DNA of 64,000 nucleotides. Source: Paraspadella gotoi. Lineage: Eukaryota; Animalia; Chaetognatha. The notes beneath the pieces are model-generated. The model saw only the letters and a program-made list of their open reading frames with translations, ran no database searches and was not told where the DNA came from. The DNA lies in contig CM119267.1 of the NCBI GenBank assembly GCA_051294375.1, positions 8,467,543-8,531,542 on the forward strand, read 5' to 3'. The position numbers were made by a program, and so were the translations under genes. Positions 1-10,963 of the stretch are shown one piece after another (positions within the stretch are counted from its first letter, which is position 1; every line of letters begins with the position of its first letter).

Positions 1-273
1 ATTGAAATCAAAAGTTTCAAATCAGTTAATTAATCAATTAATCTATAAAATCAATCACTTCATCAAATAATCTATCAAGTCCCTAATTATATCAGAGATC
101 AACCAAGCAATAAAGGCAGTTGAACAATAAATTCAGACAGTAAAGCTATCCATCCGGACAAGCATTCGTTACGAATGAATTGATTGCTTGCAAACAATCA
201 AAAAAAATTCGACAACAAAAATCAATTAATCAATTGATCAGACTTAAAACGCTTAGAATAAAAAATTGGTTAC

Positions 274-3200
274 CTGAATATCAAGTAATTAATAAATCTG
301 TTTCCGTAGAATTCGTTCGTCGACATTTGGAGTCCGTAGTAAACGAAAAAGCAGACCGCCCACATGTAAGCTACAATCGCGACGGCCTGCAGCACGAATA
401 GGAAAGAGAAATGTGGAAAACCGAAAATATACTTGCGAGTTAAAATAGTTAAAAGAAGCGAGTTAAAAGATTCGTTTTTGTTAACTACTAAAAACGATTT
501 TTCCTGGCAAAAATGACAACGAGTTCTCGAAGTGACGGACCTGCACGACCGTTTTCGTCCACAACTTGCGCAATTCTTGATTCGGATCGTAGAGGTTGGT
601 CGCAGGCGGGTGGATGAACATCTGGACAAATAAAGTTGGAAAAAAAAAGAATTAGATAAAACGAACAAAGAAAACAAAAAGAATTAGACAAAACGAACAA
701 AGAAAACAAAAAGGAGTAGACAAAACGAACCAAGAAAACAAAAGGGAAACGTAAAAACCACTCGCCTGAATTCTGTGCTGATACTGATCGTAACTTGAGA
801 AGGAGACGATAGAGGCGGCGGCGGAAGCCGTACCCGCGTAACCCTCGACGCCGGAATAACCGGAAATGCCGGAGAGGCCGGAAACGGCGCCGGGATTGGA
901 GATGGAATCCCAGTTGGAGGAGGAGTAGGACACGATGCTTAACTGAAGGGACGAGCAATAGCAGAGTGTATTGAATACTAGACCGAATAAGAAATATAAT
1001 AAATTTATATGATAGTGCGACGCGGAATTATCTTTCTAAAATATTAAATTTTAATTGATTGCTCGATAAAAAAAAAGATGCTAAACATCCTTTCTTAAGT
1101 GGATTAAAATTATTAAAATATCCTAAATCTTAAAGAATTAGCTTTATCTAGTAGGGTCACGGTTTAAAATGGTTCACCTGGTCGTTGTTGATGTGCTTCT
1201 GCGTCGTCCGCAGCGTGAACGGCGGCAAAATGTCGTCATGAATGGCGACGCCGTGGTGATTTGAAAACGAGGCCGGCATCGAGAGGACGGAGCTGGGGCC
1301 GTTGATTCGGCGCGGCGCCGGCATTTGTAGCACGGAAGTGACGGAAGGCGCCGGCGCCGGCGGACGCGAGACGGCGCCGTAATGACAGGACAACGGCGTC
1401 GATTTAATGATCTTAGGATCTGAAGCTAAAAGTAGAAACCAAAGCAAGTTTCTATTTTTTTTAAAATCCACCAACCGTTCATCAGCGGCCATTAATGCCG
1501 GAGGCAAGTCATTCGCCTCCCAACCCCAAGGTCCGGGGTTCTCGCCCGGTGGCCGCCTAGCAGTTAAGAGGGACGGGGCGCTTAACCCGCCTGTATCTCG
1601 GTGTTACAGCCTGATCCGAAGCTCAGGGATTGCTTATATTGAACGGTTCTGTCACTAACACATAACAATTATTACTGTCTCTTCAATATTTTACTTTAGT
1701 TACAAGGCTTTTTTATGTTGAGTTGTTCAAGCGCAATATTTACAACTAAAAAAGCCATATACTCGTAAATCTGTGAGATGTCTTTTCAACAATTACTTAA
1801 CTTTTTTAACTTTTACCTCTTGAGCCAAGATCGAGTGGTTTGCATCTAATTCTTCTCCCGATCGTTTTTCTCAGCTTAATTTCCTTCGGGCGAACGTAGT
1901 TGAAGTTCGTCGTCGTTTTCGCCCTCGTCGCTTCGTCCCGATTAATTTCCTCTTCCTTTTTGCAAATTGTCACTTCGTTTCGTTCTTCCTCGTTTTTTAT
2001 TTGTTGTCCCTTGTCGTTTTGTTTTTTCTGTTTCTTTTCTAGGGATTCGTCCTCCTTTGTTTCTATTTCCTCTCCAAAATCATCTGCTTCTCTGCTAATG
2101 AGATCATCCTCTCTCAACTTTTCCTTTTCCTTATATTCTTCACTATTTTTTACTTTCTGCTCGAATTCATCGGGCATTTTTTCACGTTGTAGGCCATTTT
2201 TGGCATTTCCTTTCTCACCTCCGCCATCTTCCTCTATTTCCTTCAGCCTCTGATCTTCTTTTCTCAGCTCCTCATTCTCGCCTCCAGCCCCATCTTCCGC
2301 GCCCTCTTCGCCGTCATCGCGACGATCCTCTCTCAGCCTCCGATCCTCTTCCCATCTTTGATCCTCTCCCGATTTCCCATCCTCTTCCTGACTCCGATCC
2401 TCTTCCCACTCTTTGTCCTCGTTCATCTTCTCATCTTTTTCCCAACTTCGATCATTTTCTCGCCTTCGATCCTCTTCCTCTTCGATCTCAACGGACGCGA
2501 TGGAATCTTCGCTGACGCTGGTTTTCACGAGTCGACCGCAGCTCAGCTTGGATCGGATCGAAGTGATCGAGTTGATGCCCGGCGCAGCCTCCGTATTACC
2601 GAGCCGCGACTTTACGAGCAGTTCCTTAAAAACCCGCAATCGGACCGTTTCACTTTTAGAAATATGTAAAAAAAATATGTACTCATTACTTTTTTTTAAT
2701 TTTCGTGAGCCGACTTGAGTAAATTATATTTATTATTATATTATAAATTATTATTATTGCAATTATACCTGGAAAAGCTCCTTGACGTCGATGTCAACCT
2801 TATCGCCGCGACTCTTGACGGCGGAATCGAGGATCCTGACGAGATCCTCGAACTTGTCTTTCGCCATCAGCCATTTCAGCGATTCTGGAAATTAGACGAT
2901 AAAAAGAAAAAAAAACTGTTACGGTCTCGATGTGCAGTCATTATTGTAGACACTAAGCAGTAAAACGTTATAAACAGACAGTTAATTAAGCCTAATTTTT
3001 TGACTAGAAACTGCTGTCACATCACTTAAAGATTCTCTATTTTTCATAGTATCGTGATACTACGCAGTTGCGTAAAAATACTTATATTACCTGGGCAAAC
3101 GTAGACAAAAGGGAAAGTAAAGATGAAAGGAAGAGCGACCACCTGGTGAAGAGAGCGCCAATCTAAAAACAAAAAACAAAGGCAATTTGGTTTAACGAGT

Positions 3201-4518
3201 ATTCCAGTCTCTCAACATTTTTCTTTTCTCCACCTCTAATGAAATAAGCGAAGAGAGTGAGCAGAGCGAATCCCAACGCGTTGGCGGATCCTTGAAGGAC
3301 GTAGGGGAAAGTCCGATGTTTCGCCGAAAACAGTTCGCACATGTAAGCGGAGGCCGGAGAGGAGATTCCCGAAGACAGTACCTGGACGGATGAAGAATGA
3401 ATGACATAAACATTCAAAGCAGAAAAGCGATGAATATCGATTTGCCTAAACGAGAGATAGGACATGGTAACCAGATCGAGCTGTTATTAGCATGGTTCGT
3501 TCGGTTAAACTAGCCTAACAGCCCAGCCAAACCATCGGGCCCATCCAAATTTCATTTATTCAATCCAATGGTACCCCGTGCAGGAATCTGAAGCCAAGAT
3601 AGACTTTGATGTTGGAACTCCACGTGATGGCGATAGAGGAGACCGCGGTCGCCCACAGCGAGAACAACATCACTGGCTTTCGGCCGAACTCATCGGCTCT
3701 CGCTGCTAGCAAGACGCCACCGCAGGCGAACCCCAGCATGAACACCATGTTCACCAAGTTGATGTAGAACTTTCTGTTGAGAGAGAGAGAAGATTTTTTT
3801 TAGAGGGCGTGGCACTATTATCGTTCACCGATCCTTGCTTTTTTTCCCCATTTAATTCCTTCCCTTCCATTCCCTCTTTCCTGACCCCTTTCCCCCCCCT
3901 TCAACATCCCTCTCGCAAACGAGGCCCCAATCGGCGACGATCGTCTTTCCTCCTTCTGCCGCAAAATCAAATCTTTTCGCGTCGCAATTTTCGCGCGGAC
4001 AGGCGGCGCTGTATTCGTCGAAGGGCAGCGCAGCGGCGGCGTCGTCGGCCGCTGCGTCGAAGGCGGCGTCCGTTGTGGCGGTGACATTTATGAGAGGAGT
4101 AAAGTTGTAAAAATCGTCCTGGAATTTTAAAGATATTAAATAACACAGACAAAAGGCGGCGGCATTTGATAATTAATACGACTGAGCTCAACATAAATAG
4201 TTTTTGTTATTATGATTATTCTCTCCTAAAGACGATTTTTGATTGATCTTGAAATTTTTTCTTTGCAAAAACTCCTCAAATTTAAAAGTACATTTACTAC
4301 TATTATTTAAAATATTTAGTTAAAGTAATAAATTAATATTATTCCGCAACCTTGCAGCGAAAATCTGGGACCCAAGCGGCGAAGGTTGTCGTCCCCAAGT
4401 TGGTCTTCGTGATGGCGACTGCGTAGAGAAGAAGGAAGTAGACGGCCATCGGGTAGACGCCGCAGACGCCAATTCGCGTCAGGACGTCGTCCAGCGCCAC
4501 GCTGAAGACGCTCGGCAT
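274..4518 (-). CDS. SLC22-family (organic cation/anion transporter-like) MFS transporter, multi-exon; 3' end runs off the window
   Basis: Spliced translation gives family motifs in order: MPSVFSVALDDVLTRIGVCG...PDFRCK (exon 4351-4518), TIVADWGLVC (~3910-3940), ADEFGRKP and FRFLHG (3575-3773), MCELFSAKHR (~3232-3381), DWRSL...CP/ESLKWL (3091-3162, 2769-2886), and TM7 WAVCFFVYYGL...GNRFINY (274-386). Splice phases are consistent. Confidence 0.9.
652..750. repeat. Intronic ~30-bp tandem repeat, about 3 copies
   Basis: The unit tagacaaaacgaacaaagaaaacaaaaag(aat) recurs three times with small changes. Confidence 0.7.
1485..1665 (+). mobile_element. Probable tRNA(Gly)-derived SINE or tRNA pseudogene in an SLC22 intron
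   Basis: The 1485-1556 head folds like a tRNA: acceptor stem GCGGCCA/TGGCCGC, D stem AATG/CATT, CT-CCC-AA loop, and T arm CCGGG-GTTCTCG-CCCGG (B-box-like). The anticodon stem is broken, and ~100 bp of GC-richer body follows. Confidence 0.55.
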
Positions 4519-4625
4519 GGCGAGAAGTTACGTGGCGCTAGGGGTGATGATAGTAGTGCAAAAAAAAAGTAGTATTTAACCTTTTCAACCAACAATTTTT
4601 CTTCTTTTTCTCTCTGTCTCTCTCT

Positions 4626-4662
<37 letters not shown>

Positions 4663-4682
4663 NNNNNNNNNNNNNNNNNNNN

Positions 4683-4717
<35 letters not shown>

Positions 4718-5792
4718 CTATATTATATTTTATATATACAATAGTCAAGAAAGAAAAATTGCCACGCTTCAACTACGAACGCCAAGCTTCGAAGAGCAAA
4801 AAACACAAAATAATTACGGAAGCAGAAATTTGTGACTTTTTAATTCCACCTGAAACTTCACCAAAAAAAAAAACAAAAACAAAATGTATTACGAAGTTAA
4901 CTGCGCAATAGAACATTTCTTCTTAGACGCCAAGATGGAATCGGCTTTTTAAATCTCGGAAATGGCATACAAGACGCTCGGTCTCCTTTTTATCTCTCTC
5001 TCTATCTTCATGCATAAGAGCAAAGCTTCTTCGGCCAGTGAGAGAGGCTTACAGGGATGAAAGAGCTTTTGATTCGATGAACTGCGTTTCTCTTTAGCTT
5101 TGTTAACCAGTATCCTTTCAGTCTAAAAAATATAGGAATTTCAGTTAAAAGCCAAAATAAAGAGATAAAACGTCAATTTGTTTTTCTATGGTTTGAAGTG
5201 ATACCGAAAAAGTGGAAGAGACAAAGTAAAAACGTTAGATTTAAGTTATTGAAAGAAAGTCGATGTAATAGAAATTTTAAACTTTGTCAGGAAAATTACG
5301 TGGGCTGTACTCCTTCGATTTTCTGTCAGAAGTTATAAAAAAAAGGTAAACTCATACCCCCTCTCTCCTAATTTAATAAAGATTTTCTTTCGAAGGCCAC
5401 ATTCTTTCGATCGATTTGTCGTGATTCACCAACTTCCGCCAAAATGCTTCATCATCGTCATCAGCAGCAGCAGCAGGAGCAGCGGTAGTCGAAGCAGCAG
5501 CTTTCCCGCGTCCTATTAAAACTGAATCCGATCCCCGTTTTATTTAGACTTTTTTCGATTCTAAATAAAGAATTATGAAGAAAAAAAAATCCGTTAGAAA
5601 CTAAACGAAAAGCGATGCGGGTTTTTGAAGTTCGCGGTCTCACAGTTACACTTTATTTCGGAATTCGATCGAGATATTCAATTTTAAACGACCAATCGAC
5701 CATATTTGGAGGAAAAACGTTATTTGGCTGAATGCCGGGGCTTGGGTATTGTGATTTTAACCATCGAAAAATCCTTTTTTTACTCACAAAAG

Positions 5793-7045
5793 GACACGAA
5801 GCGGCATTCTGCAGCCAAAAGAAGCTTCAATCGTCAAATGGCGTCAGTCGGGAAGCGAGTGGCGATTCGTCGACGACGCCTCGACCCTTTCGACTTTCGT
5901 CTCTTCGTCACCGAAGACGAGTTGCGTCTCCTGCGTCATTTTCGTGACGCGGAGGCCAACGCGATATTCCATCGTCGTGGGTCCTCGCCGGATCTCGAGG
6001 ATGGTGCGGACCGAGGGTCGACCGGAAGCCGGCGCGGAAAGGAGAGGGCGAACGAGATTAAAATGTCTGATGGCGAAGAGTCGTTGACTTCGTTGTTATC
6101 GTCGTCGTCGTTGTCGTCGATTTCGACTGCTTCTCCTCAGTTGATCCAGTCTGAGTCTATCTCGATTTCCGGTACTAAACATATCCTTAAAAATAATAAA
6201 CTTATAATTTACGAGGCGACTCGTAAGGTTTATTTCATTTATTTATTAGAAAACTAAAAATGCGAATTTGATTTTGTTTATAAATAATAAAATGTTTTTC
6301 AACTTAACTTTAAACTTCTCTTTTAGACGGAATCGATTCTTACGTGAACGACGCCGATGACTCTGGTTTCGTATCTGATGTCACAAACGTCGATGAAGAA
6401 CCGATAGGCGGCGATGACAAGAGACGACGAGAGATGGCGTCGTCGTCGTCCTTTCTAAAAGACCCAGCGCCGTCGACTTCGACTCCGAAATTCTCCCGCT
6501 CTCGGAAACGACCGACGAGCGACTCCAAGACAGCGCCCTTCGCATTTGGAACGTCTCGTCCAGCAATGAAAAGTCGAACAACTTCGCAACTCGCGACCTT
6601 CAAATCCGCGTCGCCCTTGACGTCTCTCGTTTCCTCTTCTCTTCTTCAGAAGCCACAGCGCGTTTGTCGTCTGGAGTCCAAGCGTGACTCGCTTTGCCCT
6701 TCGTCCCCACGAAAAGAGTCGCGGACAACGAACCCGACGATTCCGCCCGACGGATCACGTGACGTGACTTTCGATTCACACGACCAATCTCTTCACCGAA
6801 TCACGTTCGAGTCGGCGATCAAACCGAGTGGAAATTTAACTTTTCGACTTCCGACGCAATCGACTCAATTTCTGTTTTCATCTATTGACCAATCGGCTTC
6901 TTCGACCTGTGACCAATCAGCTTTCCATAAGTGTACTCCGTCATCCAAATTGCTGCTGTCGATCGAAGCCTCCTTGTTTTTCTGTTTTTTATTGTTTTTT
7001 GCCGTTCAGACTGCCTTTTTATTGATGAGCTATCTTTGGCTGTGA
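5793..7045 (+). CDS. Uncharacterised Ser/Thr-rich protein with C-terminal hydrophobic (tail-anchor-like) helix; last two exons, 5' exons unresolved (probably within ~4900-5650)
   Basis: GC-rich exons 5793-6171 and 6327-7045 join in phase 1 (TCC G|gtac...tttag|AC GGA). The product ends LLLSIEASLFFCFLLFFAVQTAFLLMSYLWL*. Confidence 0.5.
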
Positions 7046-7329
7046 CTTCGGCTGTGATTGTTCACTTTCGCTCTTCTATGGTAGCGAAAAATAATATTAG
7101 ATTTATATTTTTTATAAATTCGTATTTTTAATGTTTACCGTCAAATTCTAAATATACGTTAATTCCATCTTAAAACAATGTTTCTAACTTTCAGTACTGT
7201 TTAAATTGTATTGTATTGTACTGTATCAATTGTATTATGCCTACTTCAATAAATATAATCTACGGGCAGTTGCAAAGATGAAATATTTTGAAAGGAAAGC
7301 CTATTTTACTCGTTTAAATTCATATTTGT

Positions 7330-9363
7330 TCAACTTTCCGGCACGACCAAACTGCGGTAAGTTTTGCCCCCTACTGGAGCCAAAAGGAGGTGAGTCTTTC
7401 TCCCGTTGAGCGGCTGCGTCGCTCGAAAGTTCCCCGTCATCGCGGAAGACCCGCAGTTTTTGATTCGATTCAGTCTCTGCGCGGGGATAAGGGGTGAAGG
7501 GAGAGAGAAAAAAAGGGGGGGATTGTGGTGGATAAAGAAAATCAAGAAAATCAAGGGATCGAATATATTATTATATTAATATATTAATATATCGAGATTG
7601 GCTAATTAGGGGATCAGGAAAACTATGGAATCTTCCCGCTAATTATTTAGTCTTTCCATCGAAAGTTCACGAAAGAAAAAAAAAACAACCAAAATATAAA
7701 TTTGATGGACGACGTTACCTTTCCATTTCTTTTACTGAGAAACGAATTACCTGGTAAGTGGCGGCGTTGACGAGACAGGGCGTTTCCATCACCATCCAAA
7801 CCACGTTTTCCGCGCAAGGGGGCGACGTCAAACTACCCTGATAACTTTAGAGTCACCATCATAAAAAAATTATTCGGTATTGTTAATGGGTATTTCCTCT
7901 AGAAAATAACGATCAGTAAACCGAAACTACTCGCCTATGGATCCTGATTGCCGGCGGATCGGCGCCGGTCGCCGCCGCGAGCTGACGCTCGAAAAAAGCC
8001 GGCGCCAGAGCGAAGCGAGGTTTGATGACGTGGGCGAAGGCGGCGCGAGAACCTGAGAGCGCCACCTCGTTGAAGGACTGAGACAGCGTTGTGAGAGGAG
8101 CCGGCTCTGAGTGGGTCTCGGGGCCTTGGAAATTATCGATCGATGAGTTGAACAATCATTTACTGCAATCATTCAGTCAATCAATCGATCGAACATTTGT
8201 TAAATCATTTAATTAGGTAAATTAGTTAATCAATCAATCGATTAAATTAATCTAAAACAATCAATGAAAAATGAACAATCAAACGCAAATCAATAAATCA
8301 TGTAAATCAGTAAATCGATCGATCAATCAATCAATCAGTCATTCAACCTGTGTTCATTTCAAAAAGAACAGCGACGATGGTCGTCTGCCCCGAGAAGACG
8401 TTTTCGTGAAAGAGTTGAAGTTCGAGAGGAAATTGATGTCCGTCGATCTTGTGTTCCGAAGGCCAGTGGAAATCCAGGCGACTGAGCAGAACGGGATCAT
8501 TGAATGATGACGCGGGATTCTCAAAATATTGTAATAAAGAATTCCTGAATCCCTGAACTCGTTTGCTATCTTATTTTGGATAGGATGGAACATGGAACAA
8601 AATTGGAACATTGTAAAATACTATTGGAATTTAATGAGTTTGCCCGTTCAACCAATAAGTTTCTCATTAAATTACCGCAAGGAATAAAATCCACCCTCGA
8701 AGGAAAGGCCGATTCTTTGACTCTCTGAAGCGGACAGTGTCAACTGCAAAACAAAAGTCGATTCGTTATTTTATATTTCAATTTTCTTTTCTCTTATTGC
8801 GACCGGAATACGATAAAAAGGATAAAAATAGAAAATGACAAAATTTAAAAGCAAACTGCAAATGCAGTCAAAATATATATTTTTTTGGTCAAAATGTTAT
8901 TTTATAAATAAAATTAAAATTAAAAACACCAAAAATTCCCAAATGTTAAAGTTACGATGACGTCCATCTGCTAGAGCAACGCCACCTGCAACGAGCGTCC
9001 GTCGTTGACGAGATCGTAATCGCCCAGTTTGACGTCGCCGTAGCCGATGAAGGTGAAGTCGACCTCCTCGCGATGAGCCTTCGTCAATTTGGTGTAGACG
9101 TCGACGGGCGACTGGGCGGATCCTTGAAGACAGGTTGGAGGCCAGGAGGACTCGTCGGAGGAGAGGCGCCACGTTGAGTAAGCGAAGCAATTGGCGAGAG
9201 GGGCCGTGGCTTTTTTTTTTTGTGGGGGGGGGCAGAAGAATCTGTTTAGATTTTCAATTTCTCATTAGTGACACTGAAAGCCATTACCTCCTTGTTGACA
9301 ACGAGTCCAGCCTAAAATTAATGTCAGCAAAATGATGGTCGATAAAATTAAAAAGTAAAGCAT
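7330..9363 (-). CDS. Secreted alpha-carbonic anhydrase-related protein (acatalytic CARP-like), 7 exons
   Basis: Signal peptide MLYFLILSTIILLTLILGWTRC; motifs QSPVDV, NDGRSLQ, RLDFHWPSEH, ELQLFH, YQGSLTSPPCAENVVW, NFRATQPLNGR. The Zn ligands equivalent to His94 and His119 are Asp and Gln, and His64 is Arg. Confidence 0.88.
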
Positions 9364-9641
9364 TATAATGAAAATATTGGAGCAGCGATAAAAGAGTGGG
9401 AGAATGAAAATTTGTTTTTTTCTTTTTTTTTCTTTTTTTTTCTTTTTTTTGCACTCGTCTAAAAAATTAATGAGAGGATTATGCTTCTGACCATTGGTTT
9501 TCGACCAAAGGTTTTCGCCTCTGAATGTTTTCTCTTTTGAAACAGAAATTGAGAGGGAGAGAGAAAGTGAGAGATAGAGAGATAGAGAAAGAAAAAGAAA
9601 GAGAGAAAGAGAGATGAGAAAGCTTGAAATAAACTAAATCT

Positions 9642-9762
<121 letters not shown>

Positions 9763-10883
9763 ATCATTCAAGATTCTTCAATAATTCTTTAATGATTAAA
9801 TTATACAACTGACGCCGTCAACTGTCAGCTATATTTTTAGATAGTGTTTTAAAATGTCAAAGTTTCAAATTGGTTTTTTTTAAAGCTTTGTGATTTTTTT
9901 TTATTAAAAAAAAAGCTTTGTGATTAAGATTAAGTGATAAAGCTAAATAAAATTTTTGAATTTTAAATATATCGCGCAGTTTTATAAAATTTTTAACCCG
10001 ATTAACAAAATGATTTATATTTTCTTCCATCAATTCAAATCTGTGAATCAAAATCAAGAAAAGCCTATTTTTTAATTGTGACGATTGTTAGAATGTTATA
10101 CGCACTTGACTTAGAAGGGCCACTTTCACTACGCTCTTTTCTTCACCCTATTCATTTTATTGGTCATCGGCTTCTCTAATTCCAATTGGGCGGAATTCTT
10201 TAAAACCGCTTTGCTTTAAATTATATCAGGTGCTAACGAGAAGTTTTGTTTGAGTCGCACGGTCTACCATTAATCATTAATCAGTCTCGATCCATTTTTA
10301 ATATATTGTCGCAGCGATTGCGTCGTCGTTGTCGTCCTTCTTCCAGTAGTGCATTGATGACAATTCTTTTTTTATATATTTTGCGAAGATGTTATCTAAA
10401 AAATCCGTCCAATTAATTGCTTACTTTCTCGCCTCATTGCTTGCAAATGGCTGGTCATCAGCGCCATGAACAGGAGGTAGACCCTTCCGAATTCAACCTC
10501 GGCGTCGAGACGTCAATTTGTTGCTCAATGAGACGCGCAATGCGCCCATCGAGATACTTGGGCGGTGGTCCAAGATTCCATCTACCAAAATGTCTCATTT
10601 AATGGCCTTTCACTTTCAGCAATGGTTCATGAAAAAATCAGCGAAAGGAATTCTAAGCTTTTCATTTCGGATTTCGCATAAAAAATAAAAAAATTTAAAA
10701 ATTTTCGTTCACTCTTTTTTCCACCAGGCCTCGAACCCAAAATGTTTTCTCCCCCTCGTCCACCCTCTATCCGACTTCCCCACCTCGGTCGCCTCCTGCT
10801 GAGAATCTCGCCACCTGGATTCGGGAGAAGAAAAAAAAAAGAGCAACATCGTCGACCGGGAAACGAGGTCTCGATTCGCGAGT

Positions 10884-10890
10884 ATAAAAA
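10884..10890 (+). promoter_or_regulatory. Candidate TATA box of the Cys-rich repeat gene
   Basis: TATAAAA in otherwise GC-rich context, about 80 bp upstream of the ATG at 10964. Confidence 0.4.
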
Positions 10891-10963
10891 TCTTGGCGAA
10901 GAGAATCCTCGTTCTCTTTTGAATCGCGTCTTTTCGACGACAACGACGACAACGACGACGAAG

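Noticed and set aside
3904-3911. Possible non-canonical GG donor (AG|GGATGT) in SLC22 exon 2
   Set aside because: A canonical GT three bases on, paired with an AAG acceptor (CAGAAAG|TTC), keeps the frame equally well.
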